From: the human T2T-CHM13v2.0 reference genome, Homo sapiens
NCBI RefSeq assembly: GCF_009914755.1
Contig: NC_060927.1
Length of the DNA stretch: 64,000 nt
Direction: 5' to 3' (one strand)
Shown here: piece by piece, positions 1 through 12,486 of the stretch
Numbering within the stretch: the first letter of the stretch is position 1
Layout of the letters: each line of letters starts with the position of its first letter
Translations under genes and position numbers: made by a program
Notes under the pieces: model-generated
What the model was told of the DNA's origin: nothing
Database searches by the model: none
What the model saw: the letters and a program-made list of their open reading frames with translations, nothing else

Positions 1-225
1 AAGAGCTGTAACATTAACTGCGAAGGTCTGTGGCTTCACTCCTGAAGTCAGCGAAACCATGAACCCACCAGAAGGAAGAAACTCTGGACAGATCTGAACA
101 TTTGAAGGAACAAACTCCGGACACACCATCTTTAAGAACTGTAACACTCACCACGAGAGTCCGCGGCTTCAATCTTGAAGTCAGCGAGGCCAAGAAACCA
201 CTGGAAGGAGCCAATTCTGGACACA
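1..225 (+). mobile_element. HERV9 5' LTR (LTR12 family), U5 end only; truncated by window edge
   Basis: Aligns ungapped to 6219-6443 of the 3' LTR (21 mismatches in 225 nt, manual count); ends in ...GGACACA just before the PBS. Confidence 0.93.
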
Positions 226-228
226 TTT

Positions 229-246
229 TGGCAACCACGAAGGGAC
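229..246 (+). promoter_or_regulatory. Retroviral primer-binding site, tRNA-Arg type
   Basis: TGGCAACCACGAAGGGAC, 3 nt after the LTR end; one change from TGGCGACCACGAAGGGAC, which is complementary to a tRNA-Arg 3' end, the primer of ERV9. Confidence 0.88.
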
Positions 247-1402
247 TGTCACCTATAGCCAAGCGGTGAGTACCATCAGACCCCTTTTGCTTGCTATTCT
301 GTCCTATTTTTCCTTGGAATTTGGTGGCTAAATATCGGGCACCTGATGGCCAGTTAAATATGAGTAGCACAGCTGCTGGACTAAAGACACGGGTGTCAGG
401 CTTTCTGGGAAAGGGTGCTCTAACAACCCCGACTCTTCGGAATTGGGAGCATTGGTTTGCTTGGAATCAGCTTCCGCTTTTCCTGTACTTCTGGGCTGAG
501 CCGAGGGTCGGCAGAGAGGAAAGCCATTCAGCTCCAGGGTCCTGACAAGTTGTTGGTTGACCCTGCAGCCATGAGCGGAACTCTCAAAGTTACGTCGCCC
601 AAGCGAGACTCACCCATGTGTCCTATCTATCCTGACCCTTGCCTCTTGGGTCCTAATGCTTGTCAGACAAACTTCCTCTGGCCTCTCTTCTCTGAGGCTA
701 GTCCCACTTCTAAAAACCACTCCCTGTCTCTGGTGCTTTTCTAGTTTCTCCTATAAGAATGATTTCTAGTATAAACTCCAGGACTCTATTCCCTTCTTTA
801 GGCACCCGGGCTCACCAATCAGAAAGACATAATTTTTCTCCAAAGCCCTGTTGTAGGGGGACTATCTGGAATTTTAGGATCCCTCCTCATACAAGCAGGC
901 CTAACAAAAGCTATTCCTGAAGCTAGGATATGGGGAGCCTCAGAAATTTTATCCTTCCTATTCATATAAGTGATGACAAAAGGCATCACTCTTCCAACTC
1001 TGGAGATCCCGTCCTTCCCTCAGGGTATGGCCCTCCACTTCATTTTTGGGGCATACCATCTTTATAAGATAGGGGCAGAGTCCCAATACTAACAAGAGAA
1101 TGCTTAGGATTCTAACAGGTTTTTGAGAATGCATCAGTAAGGGCCACTAAATCCGATTTTTCTTGGTCCTCTTTGTGATCTAGGAGGACAGGCAAGGGTG
1201 CAGGTTCTCAAGAATGCGTCGGTAAGGGCCACTAAATCCGACATTCCTTGGTCCTCCTTGTGGTCTGGGAAGAAAACTAGTGTTTCTGCTACTGCATCAG
1301 TGAGCACAACTATTCAGATCAGCAGGGTCCAGGGACTGTTACGGGTTCTTGGGCAGGGGGAGAAACAAACAAACCAAAACTGTGGGAGGTTTTGTCTTTC
1401 AG

Positions 1403-2861
1403 CTGGGAGACACTCAGGCATCAACATGTTCACACTTGAAATGCATCCTAAGCCATTGGGACCAATTTGACCTGCAAACCCTGAAAAAAAGGCCCCTGCA
1501 CTATAGCTTGGCCCCACTGTTATCTCTCTGATGGGGAAAAATGGCCACCTGAAGGAAGTATAAATTACAATACTATCCTGCAGGTTGACCTTTTCTGTAA
1601 GAGGAAAGGCAAATGGAGTGAAATACCTTATGTTGAAGCTTTCTTTTCATTGAAGGGGAATCCACAACTATGCAAAGCTTGCAATTTACATCCCACAAGA
1701 GGACCTCTCAGCTTACCCCCATATCCTAGCTTCCCTGTAGCTCCCCTTCCTATTAATGACAAGCCTCCTCTAATCTCCCCCGCCCAGAAGGAAACAAGCA
1801 AAGAAATATCCAAAGGACCACAACCCCCCCCCCCCCGGGCTATCGGTTATGTCCCCTTCAAGCTGTAGGGGGAGGGGAATTTGGCCCAACCTGGGTACAT
1901 GTCCCTTTCTCCCTCTCTGATTTAAAGCAGATCAAGGCAGACCTGTGGAAGTTTTCAGATGATCCTGATAGGTACATAGATGTTCTACAGTGTCTAGAGC
2001 AAACCTTCTATCTCGCTTGGAGATATGTCATGCTATTGTTAGATCAAACCCTGGCCTTTAATGAAAAGAATGAGGCTTTACCTGCAGCCTGAGAGTTTGG
2101 AGATACCTGGTATGTTAGTCAAGTAAATGATAGAATGACAGTCGAAGAAAGGGACAAATTCCCTACCGGTCAGCAAGCTGTCCCCAGTATGGATCCCCAC
2201 TGGGACCTCGACGCAGATCATGGGGACTGGAGTTGCAAACATCTGTTGACCTGTGTTCTAGAAGGACTAAGGAGAATTAGGATGAAGCCCATGAATTATT
2301 CAATGATGTCTACCGTAACTCAGGGAAAGGAAGAAAATCCTTCTGCCTTCCTCAAGCAGCTACAGGAGGCCTTAAGGAAATATACTCCCCTGTCACCTGA
2401 CTCCCTTGAGGGTCAGTTGATCCTAAAAGATAAGTTTATTACCCAATCAGCTGCAGATATCAAGAGAAAGCTCCAAAAGTGAGCCCTGGGCCCTGAACAA
2501 AATCTGGAGGCATTATTAAACCTGGCAACCTCGTTATTCTATAATAGGAAACAAGAGGAACAGGCTGAAAAGGAAAAGCGAGATTAGGGAAAGGCCACAG
2601 CCTTAGTCATGGCCCTTAGACAAACAAACCTTGGTGGTTCAGAGAGGACAGAAAATGGAGCAGGCCAATCACCTGGTAGGGCTTGTTATCGGTGTGGTGT
2701 GCAAGGACACTTTAAAAAAGATTGTCCAATGAGAAACAAGCTGCCCCCTCGCCCATGTCTGCTATGCCGAGGCAATCACTGGAAGGCACACTGCCCCAGA
2801 CAGAGGTCTAAGGTTTTGTGGGCCAGAAGCCCCCAACCAGATGATCCAACAACAAGACTGA
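1403..2861 (+). pseudogene. gag: HERV9 gag, disrupted (start codon now CTG, stops and frameshifts)
   Basis: MA-like GDTQAS..LKCILSHWDQFD; major homology region QGKEENPSAFLKQLQEAL; zinc knuckles CYRCGVQGHFKKDC and CLLCRGNHWKAHC; ends QQD-TGA at 2859-2861. Confidence 0.9.
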
Positions 2862-3260
2862 GGATGCCCAGGGCAAGTGCCAGCTCATGTCATCACCCTC
2901 ACTGACCCCCAGGTACATTTAACCATTGAGGGCCAGGAAATTGACTTCCTCCTGGACACTGGTGTGGCCTTCTCAGTGTTAATCTCCCGTCCTGGACGAC
3001 TGTCCTCAAGGTCCATTACCATCCGAGGAATCCTGGGACAGCCTGTAACCAGGTATTTCTCCCACCTCCTCAGTTGTAATTGGGAGACTTTGTTCTTTTC
3101 ACATGCCTTTCTTGTTATGCCTGAAAGTCCCACACCCTTATTAGGGAGGGATATATTAGCCAAAGCTGGAGCTATTATCTACATGAATATGGGGAACAAG
3201 TTAACAATTTGTCCCCTGCTTGAGGAGGGAATCAACCCTGAAGTCTGGGCATTGGAAGGA
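2862..3260 (+). pseudogene. pro: HERV9 aspartic protease plus first residues of RT
   Basis: ORF 2877-3344 contains FLLDTGVAFSVL (DTG active site), LLGRDIL and EEGINPEVWALEG, after which homology breaks. Confidence 0.9.
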
Positions 3261-3267
3261 ACAAACT

Positions 3268-4122
3268 CAAGCTCCAGCCTTAAGCCTTCACACAGGATGA
3301 AACTTTTCTTTATATGTCACAGAGAGAGCAGGAATAGCTCTTAGGGTCCTTACTGAGACTCGTGGAACAACCCCACAACTAGTGGCATACCTAAGTAAGG
3401 AAATTGATGTAGTAGCAAAAGGCTGGCCTCACTGTTTATGGGTAGTTGTGGCGGTGGCTGTCTTAGTGTCAGAGGCTATCAAAATAATACAAGGAAAATA
3501 TCTCACTGTCTGGACTACTCATGATGTAAATGGCATACTGGGTGCCAAAGGAAGTTTATGGCTATCAGACAACCGCCTGCTTAGATACCAGTTGCTACTC
3601 CTTGAGGGACCAGTGCTTAAAATACGTACGTGTGCAGCCCTCAACCCTGTCACTTTTCTCCCAGAAGATGGGGAACCAATCGAGCTTGACTGCCAACAAA
3701 TTATAGTCCAGACTTATGCCGCCTGAGATGATCTCTTGGAAGTCCCCTTAGCTAATCCTGACCATAACCTATATACTGATGGAAGTTCATTTGTGGAAAA
3801 TGGGATGTGAAGGGCAGGTTATGCCATAGTAACATTACTCGAAAGTAAGCCTCTTCCCCCAGGGACCAGCGCCCAGTTAGCAGAACTAGTGGCACTTACC
3901 TGAGCCTTAGAACTGGGAAAGGGAAAAAGAATAAATGTGTATACAGATAGCAAGTGTGCTTATCTAATCCTACATGCCCATGCTGCAATATGGAAAGAAA
4001 GGGAGTTCTTAACCTCTGGGGGAACCCCCATTAAATACCACAAGGAAATTATGGAGTTATTGCACGCAGTGCAAAAACCCAAGGAGGTGGCAGTCTTACA
4101 TTGCCGAAGCCATCAAAAGGGG
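3268..4122 (+). pseudogene. pol: HERV9 pol remnant: connection/tether and RNase H; RT core and integrase absent
   Basis: VAYLSKEIDVVAKGWPHCL; YTDGSSFVENG; TSAQLAELVALT; VYTDSKCAYLILHAHAAIWKER; VAVLHCRSHQKG; several in-frame TGA stops. Confidence 0.9.
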
Positions 4123-4350
4123 AAGGAGAGGGGAGAACAGCAGCGTAAGCAGCTGGCAAAGGCAGGGAAAGACCAGCAGAAAGGAGAGAGAAAGAGACAG
4201 AAAGTCAGAGAAAGAGAGAGAGGAAGAGACAGAGACAGAGGGAGTTAGAGAGAAAGAGAAACACAGAAAGTCAAAGAGAGAGAGGAAGAGACAGGGAGTC
4301 AGAAAGAGAGAGACGAAGAAGTCAAAGAGAAAGAGAGATGGAAGTAGTAA
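4123..4350 (+). repeat. AG-rich low-complexity tract inside the provirus
   Basis: Repeated GAGAGA / GAAAGTCAGAGAAAGAGA units. Confidence 0.85.
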
Positions 4351-4445
4351 AGAAAAAACTGTTTACCCTATTCCTTTAAAAGCCAGGGTAAAGTTAAAAC
4401 CTATAATTGATAATTGAAGGTCTTCTCTGTAACCCTATAACACTC

Positions 4446-4870
4446 CAATACCACCTTGTTGTCAGTTTAAACAAGGGTGTAGCCCGAAAGCACTGAGGCC
4501 TCTGACAACCTATAGCCTTCCTATCAAAAATCCTTAACCCTGCAGGTTTCCTAACAGGGGATCTAAATCTTAACTAATTACCATACAAAGTTCAGACCAG
4601 ATCTAGGAGGGACTCCCTTCAGGACAGGAGGATAGATGGTTCCTCCCAGGCGATTAAGGAAAAAAGACACAATGGGTATTCCGTAAGTGATAAGGAAACT
4701 CTTGTAGAAGCAGAGTTAGGAAAATTGCCTAAAAATTGGTCTGTTCAAACATGCGAGCTGTTTGCACTCAGCCAAACCATAAAGTACTTTTAGAATCATG
4801 AAGGAGCCATCTATACCAATTCTTAGTTAATGTGGACTGAAAGAGGTTTTATTAATAGCAAAGAAAAATT
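4446..4870 (+). pseudogene. Second, divergent pol relic (connection plus RNase H), HERV-I/HERVIP10-like
   Basis: Manual translation: 4446 QYHLVVSLNKGVARKH*GL*QPIAFLSKILNP; 4632 IDGSSQAIKEKRHNGYSVSDKETLVEAELGKLPKNWSVQTCELFALSQTIKYF*NHEGAIYTNS*LMWTERGFINSK. RNase H motifs are clear; the family assignment is from memory. Confidence 0.75.
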
Positions 4871-4977
4871 AAAATCCTAAACTTACAAGGTTTTCAACAA
4901 AAGTAAAGTTTGCTAAAAGTTAACCATGTAAAATGTATTATCCTAACTTCTAATCTTATGGAAATCAGACCCTATCA

Positions 4978-5570
4978 GTGCCCCTGAAAGCTCAAGTCCA
5001 TCACTGCAGGGCCATACAACTAATACCCCTACTTATAGGGTTAGGAATGGCTACTGCTACAAGAACTGGAATAGCCAGTTTATCTACTTCATTATCCTAC
5101 TACCACACACTCCCAAAGGATTTCTCAGACAGTTTGCAAGAAATAAAGAACCCTATCCTTACTCTGCAATTCCAAATAGACTCTTTGGCAGCAGTGACTC
5201 TCCAAAACCGCCGAGGCCTAGACCTCCTCACTGTTGAGAAAGGAGGACTCTGCACCTTCTTAGGGGAAGAGTGTTGTTTTTACACTAACCAGTCAGGGAT
5301 AGTGTGAGATGCTGCCTGGCATTCACAGGAACAGGCTTCTGAAATCAGACAATGCCTTTCAAACTCTTATACCAATGTCTGGAGTTGGACAACATGGCTT
5401 CTCCCCTTCCTAGGTCCTGTGACAGCCATCTTGCTATTATTTGCCTTTGGGACCTGTATTTTTAACCTCCTTTCAAGTTTGTTTCCTCTAGGATCGAGGC
5501 CATCAAGCTACAGATGGTCTTACAAATGGAACCCCAAATGAGCTCAACTAACAACTTCTACCAAGGACCC
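4978..5570 (+). pseudogene. env: HERV9 env remnant, TM subunit only
   Basis: Fusion peptide AIQLIPLLIGLG; immunosuppressive domain LQNRRGLDLLTVEKGGL; CX6CC CTFLGEECC; stop at 5305-5307, then membrane anchor WLLPFLGPVTAILLLFAFG; SU missing. Confidence 0.92.
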
Positions 5571-5720
5571 TTGGACCAACCCACTGGCCCTTTCAGTGGC
5601 CTAAAGAGTTCCCCTCTGGAGGACACTAGAACTGCAGGGCCCCTTCATAGCCCCCATCCCCCAGGAACTAGCTAGAGCGGTCATCACCCGATTCCCAACA
5701 GCAGTTAGGGTGTCCTGTTT

Positions 5721-5731
5721 AGAGGGAGGAC
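5721..5731 (+). promoter_or_regulatory. Polypurine tract
   Basis: AGAGGGAGGAC directly before the TGAGAGG start of the 3' LTR. Confidence 0.85.
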
Positions 5732-6443
5732 TGAGAGGTGAAGCCGGCTGGGCTTCTGGGTTGGGTGGGGACTTGGAGAACTTTCGTGTCTAGCTAAAGG
5801 ATTGTAAATGCACCAATCAGCGCTCTGTGTCTAGCTAAAGGATTGTAAACGCACCAATCATCACTCTGTAAAAATGCACCAATCAGCACTCTGTAAAATG
5901 GGTCAATCAGCACTCTGTAAAATGGACCAATCAGCCCCCTGTAAAATGGACAAATCAGCAGGATGTGGGCGGGGCCAAATAAGGGAATAAAAGCTGGCCA
6001 CCTGAGCCAGCAGTGGCAACCTGCTAGGGTCCCATTCCACGCTGTGGAAGCTTTATTCCTTTGCTCTTCACAATAAATCTTGCTGCTGCTCACTCTTTGG
6101 GTCCACACTACCTTTATGAGCTGTAACACTCACTGTGAAGGTCTGCGGCTTCACTCCTGAAGTCAGTGAGACCACGAACCCACCGGGAGGAACAAACAAC
6201 TCCAGACACACCATCTTTAAGAGATGTAACACTCACTGTGAAGGTCTGTGGCTTCACTCCTGAAGTCAGCGAGACCACGAACCCACCGGAAGGAAGAAAC
6301 TCTGGACACATCTGAACATCTGAAGGAACAAACTCCAGATACTCCATCTTTAAGAACTGTAACACTCACCATGAGGGTCCGTGGCTTCATTCGTGAAGTC
6401 AGCGAGATCAAGAACCCACTGGAAGGAACCAATTCTGGACACA
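5732..6443 (+). mobile_element. HERV9 3' LTR (short LTR12 type, LTR12F-like), complete, 712 bp
   Basis: TG...CA termini; tandem CCAATCA units; GC box 5967-5974; AATAAAA 5986-5992; poly(A) signal 6072-6077; three U5 tandem units at about 6118-6443. Confidence 0.93.
5794..5992 (+). promoter_or_regulatory. LTR12 U3 promoter/enhancer with tandem CCAAT (NF-Y) boxes
   Basis: Four intact CCAAT boxes (about 5813, 5854, 5879, 5927) and two degenerate ones, followed by GGGCGGGG and a TATA-like AATAAAA. Confidence 0.75.
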
Positions 6444-6993
6444 CTTTTGTGACACTAGAGTCAGTAGAGAAATGTGTGAGATGATGGAAGGGGGAGACTG
6501 ACTGGAAGATGAGGATGCCAATGTAGAAACCATACATGAGACACCTTTTTCAAAAAGTTTGAAGGGAAGAGAAAAAGAAAGGTACAACAGAGATGGTTAT
6601 TACTTTTAGCTTTTATCTAAGTGGGGTTTTCTTTTACCTGAAAACGACTGCAGCCTGTTTAAACAGGAAGGAATCTGTGGAAATAGAATAGTCGAGGGCA
6701 CAGGAAAGGGGCATGAAGATAGTTGAATAGAGATTTCTGAGGAAGCCAGGCAGTGGTATCAGATTGATCTCAGAGGCAGGGAAAGACACCTCTTCTAGTT
6801 TAACAGGACAAAAGAAGCAAATTTGCCCATATGTTGTAATTGGGAAGTGAGATAATATTTGAATAAATTCCTGAGTGATGATGCCTCTTTTTTTTCTGTA
6901 AAATAGGAGATGATGCCATGGCTTAAGAGTAAGGAGTGTGGTGGAGAAGGAGGAACTTGCTGTGAGTGAAGGTGTTTTTAAAAGGCCACTGTG

Positions 6994-7813
<820 letters not shown>

Positions 7814-7941
7814 TTACATATACTAGAAACTCTATAAATATATTTGAATGAATAAATGTATTTTTTTCTGATAATAGCCTGATATGGAGATGAGATAGCA
7901 GAAAATTGGCATGATCTAGAAGATTTCTTTTCCCCTTAAAC

Positions 7942-8030
7942 CTGAGTGTTTTTTGTTAGTGAATTCACTCCAATGTATTGCTAAAGGTGGTCGTATAAAC
8001 CATTCTGTTTGCAATCTCCTTTTTGTCCTT
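7942..8030 (-). pseudogene. Candidate exon A of an unidentified minus-strand gene relic
   Basis: Acceptor ctttactcactttgaacag|, weak donor CAG|gtttaa; 89 nt; reading frame ambiguous. Confidence 0.3.
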
Positions 8031-8774
8031 CTGTTCAAAGTGAGTAAAGAACAACCTGTTTGAATCAGACATCAGATCATGATAGTTATGTGGGGAGAGG
8101 GCAGGCAGGGACTCAGTAAAAGGACCTGGTAGAGAAAGCAGAATCTACAGGTTTGAACATAACATTATGGCTCAGGGTCAGTCATTCTAGGAATTGGTCT
8201 CATGACAGATGTACCCAAAGCTGCATTTCAAGTCGTGAGATTAAATTTTGGAGGAGAGATCTTGAGAGACATGAAAAGGATTCTCTAAAATCTGAGTAAG
8301 ATTCTAAGGTGAAGAATATCAATACAGGGCAGCATAGAAAATAATCTGAGCTTTAAGTAATAGGAGCCATTCAGATGGTGCCTTCAGACAAGTACTAGGT
8401 ATTAGAAACTCAGAGATGAGCAGATAATCCAGTTTCTGAGGGATTGTAGCATGAAGCAGGGACTCTAGATAAGAATGGGGCACCTAGGAACTTGAAATTG
8501 TTTTATTCATCCATACACTTGACTAATATTTATTGATAAATGTGTAAGGCACTGTGCAAGGCAAGGAGAAAAGGTAGGCACTGGGAATTAATACCACAGC
8601 ACAGTAATTAAATAATTGATATGTTAAGTTTAGAAACATAACTGCAAGAATTCAGCTGCAAGAATGACCCAGAGTTGATCCACTATCAGGGGTGGACCGA
8701 ACCCTCAAATAGGATTTACCTGCATCAGCCCAGTTGCTGAAGTTGTGGACTGCTAAGCAAGCTAGTACACTCAC

Positions 8775-8908
8775 TTCTTTTAGATTGCTTTGGCAGGAGG
8801 GGTCTTCCAAATTTGCTTTTGGTTTAAGGCGGTCAAGACAGTTGAGTTGAGCAAGGAAACAAGCTTTTCTTAAAGGACTGTTTTCCAAACAGGCTTGGTT
8901 CTGTGGAC
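8775..8908 (-). pseudogene. Candidate exon B
   Basis: Acceptor cttgtcatttag|, donor GAA|gtgagt; 134 nt; one frame fully open (PQNQACLENSPLRKACFLAQLNCLDRLKPKANLEDPSCQSNLKE). Confidence 0.45.
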
Positions 8909-10422
8909 CTAAATGACAAGATAGTTTCTGGTTAAATCTCACAGATAAAATTCTAACCCTCTAAAAAGAAAAATGTTTTGCAAAAAGATTTAGGTCATTC
9001 TAACAGGTAAGAACAACCTTCCATATACATGACAGCCAAAACTTTGTTATCACATGGGAAAACCATCTTCCCCGACCTAGTCTGCCAAATATTATTTACA
9101 AATTTCTTTATGATGGGTAGAAATACCCAAAATCCCACCATCACTCTTTATTAGTATAGATGGGAACATAAGGAACAGTGGTGTGACTCAGTTCTTTAAG
9201 ATCTTTGTTACTTTTATCAGTGAAAGGAGGGTAGGGGGTGCATTTAAAAAGAGTGTATTTCTGAGAGAGGGAAGGGAATGTTACAAATAGATGAGTAAGT
9301 CAACAAAAGGAGAAGGATGTAGAATGCCTGCAAACTATCTGATTATTTTAAAAAAGTCTACCTTTTAAGGGAGATAGAATCAAAATTCTTGAGTGGACTC
9401 TAGTTATCCTATGCTCTTTGAAATGATAACTATATTTTTGCATTATGCCAATGGTGTTTCTGCTCACAGATTCCAAATTCCCTGGTTAATGTGCTGAAAA
9501 CTTGTTGTGCTGAACATAAAACCGAATAAAATCATTGATTTCTACAATATTTGTATGGTGAAGCTCAATTCAATGAATAAATTAATAAAATGAATACATG
9601 ATAAATGAATTGAAACATAATAAATTAATAAAACCTCAATATAATATGCCTTTTAATATACTCAGGAGGGAGTGTTTCAACTGTTAAATTGATTGCAGTT
9701 AAATGAATTAAAAAACAAAATAAATTTTAAAATGCTCCATTATTCATTAAAGTACTTTAGTGCCTCATTAATCTATTTTAGATCACTCAGGCCCATAAGT
9801 GCCTATTGTCAAAAGCTGATAGAGTGTGAGGAATTGCTTTTCACACCCTGGAGCCAACTGAATACAGTAACGCTTCTCAAAGTGTAAAGATCAAGTCTGT
9901 TGGGTATAAAGCAAGTGTCTTTGAAGCTTGAAAAGTTTTTGAAGGGAATATTGGGAGGCGTTTTTTTTCCATGTTTAGATAGTCACATTTTAAAAATTGT
10001 TATAAAAAAAGGAAATAAAAGAAACTTCTGGATTTTAAAGTATCCTGTTTCTCCCCTTTCCAAAGCACTCTTAAGATGAGACACATCAGTGCGCCAACCT
10101 AAAAGACTTCCTGATTTAAAACGCAGTTGCAACTTTTTCTTTTTTTCTTTTTTCTTTTTTTCAAAGGTGTTGTTCTTTCTAGTGGCTTAATCTCTATTCC
10201 TGTTAGTCACTTGCATCTTCTTTCTTAAGTCTCAGCTTCCAGAGGTAAATTCCCAGTGACTTTCTGCTAAGTCTTCTCCTGTTCTGCTGAGTCTTATTGA
10301 CAAGATCAAGTCATCCCAAGTGGGCTGGCTCTCTTCAGAGCAAGCTCCTCATCAATGTCCTCCAAAATCTACTCCCTAGCCTCTTTTTTTTTTTTTTTTT
10401 TTTTTGCCTTGGTATTTCCAAG

Positions 10423-10817
10423 ATGCCGGGGGAGGTGTGAGAGCCTCAGCACCAGGAAGTGGTGAACTCGCGGGTTGTAGTTTACCAACAACAGTATAGG
10501 TTTGAAAAAGGGAAGTTTATTAGAAAGGAGGAACGCTGCAAAAGGGTACAGTGGAGCGCCTCAGTGAGAGGACTGAGCACCGTGGTGGATTTTCCTTAGG
10601 GGTATTTATGGACCTTAAGGCGGGAGCTTGGCACTGTAAAATGAGTTTCAGCATGACATTCCAGAGAAGTATAGAAATTTTAGTTACTTATAAAAGTTGA
10701 AAGAGACCTGGAACCAGATGCGACCAGGTGGTCTTTGTTCCCTTCTAAATTCCTCAGATAAGAAGTTTTGCCTCCAGATGGTGTTTGATGGTCACCAGGT
10801 GATTACTGCTCTCCTCA
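10423..10817 (-). mobile_element. ERV1 solo LTR, MER84/MER83-like
   Basis: Minus strand begins TGAGGAGAGCAGTAATCACCTGGTGACCATCAAAC; AATAAA present; CAAG on both flanks. Confidence 0.65.
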
Positions 10818-11056
10818 CAAGGGTTCTATGAGTCATGAAACAAGCTTGGTTTGTTATTTTATAAATTCTATATATGAAGGGTGGGGTTTGTCTCACTGAC
10901 TTTAGTATCCTACTGGCAGAACCCACTCTAGCTTTATTTAATGAATGCATTACACACTTATAATTTATATGACACTTAAAGTCTCCTGATGTGTACTTAA
11001 AAACCTATAATGAAATACATTGAAAATGACATTGCTTAGTGATGTCTGTTATTGAG

Positions 11057-11356
11057 TTTTTTTTTGTTTTGTTTTTTTAATTTGAGGCAGTCTTGCTCTG
11101 TCGCCCAGGCTGGAGTGCAGTGGTGTGATCTCAGCAACCTCCACCTCCCTGGCTCAAGCAGTTCTCATGCCCCAGCCTCCTGAGTAGCTGGGATTACAGG
11201 CATCCACCACCATGCCCAGCTAATTTTTGTACGTTTAGTAAAGAGGAGTTTCCGCCACATTGGTCAGGCCAGTCTCTAAGTCCTGGCCTCAAGTGATCCA
11301 CCTGCCTCAGCCTCCCAAAGTGCTGGGATTACAGTTGTGAGCCACCGTGCCTGGCC
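11057..11356 (-). mobile_element. AluS
   Basis: T-rich tail followed by the Alu reverse complement ending CCTGGCC. Confidence 0.92.
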
Positions 11357-11369
11357 GATAGTTGAGATT

Positions 11370-12096
<727 letters not shown>

Positions 12097-12486
12097 TAGA
12101 GAGCACTAATTTGACAACCACTTGTTTTCTTTTTCTTTTTTTCTTGCCTTGGATGTAAGAACTTGAGCTAAAGTTTTGTGATCCATCGCAGCACGTTCTT
12201 TTTCATTGCTTTTATTTTTCTGGGTTTAACCTTCTCTCTCTTTCCCACCTGACTTGATTCTTATCTTTCACTTTTCTTCAGAAATTCTTTTAAATTTGTG
12301 TCTCTTTATTTTAAGCCGATTAAAATTATTTCTTCAAATAGGTTGTTCATATTGGGTATGGCAGTTTCTGCATATGAAACTGCTCTAGAATTCAACTTGG
12401 AAATTAAATAATATACTGTGCAGTTTTGAAAAATTCAATTCTAATGTGCTTATTTAATCAATCATCCATCTGTCCATGTATACCTT

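Larger units (their letters stand above)
226..5731 (+). mobile_element. HERV9 internal region, defective (about 5.5 kb)
   Basis: Order PBS, leader, gag, pro, partial pol, env TM, PPT between two LTR12 copies. Confidence 0.92.

Noticed and set aside
229-246. tRNA-like sequence
   Set aside because: Only the 18-nt primer-binding site, not a tRNA gene.
14-370. Minus-strand ORFs over the LTRs (also 5794-6537)
   Set aside because: Antisense open frames of repetitive LTR sequence with no recognisable domain.
1115-1270. Direct repeat in the proviral leader (GAGAATGC..GTAAGGGCCACTAAATCCGA twice)
   Set aside because: As far as I recall, an ordinary feature of the HERV9 leader, not locus-specific.
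6118-6443. Three tandem units of about 100 bp, superficially array-like
   Set aside because: Normal LTR12 U5 repeats; no unique spacers or cas genes, and the sequence is eukaryotic.
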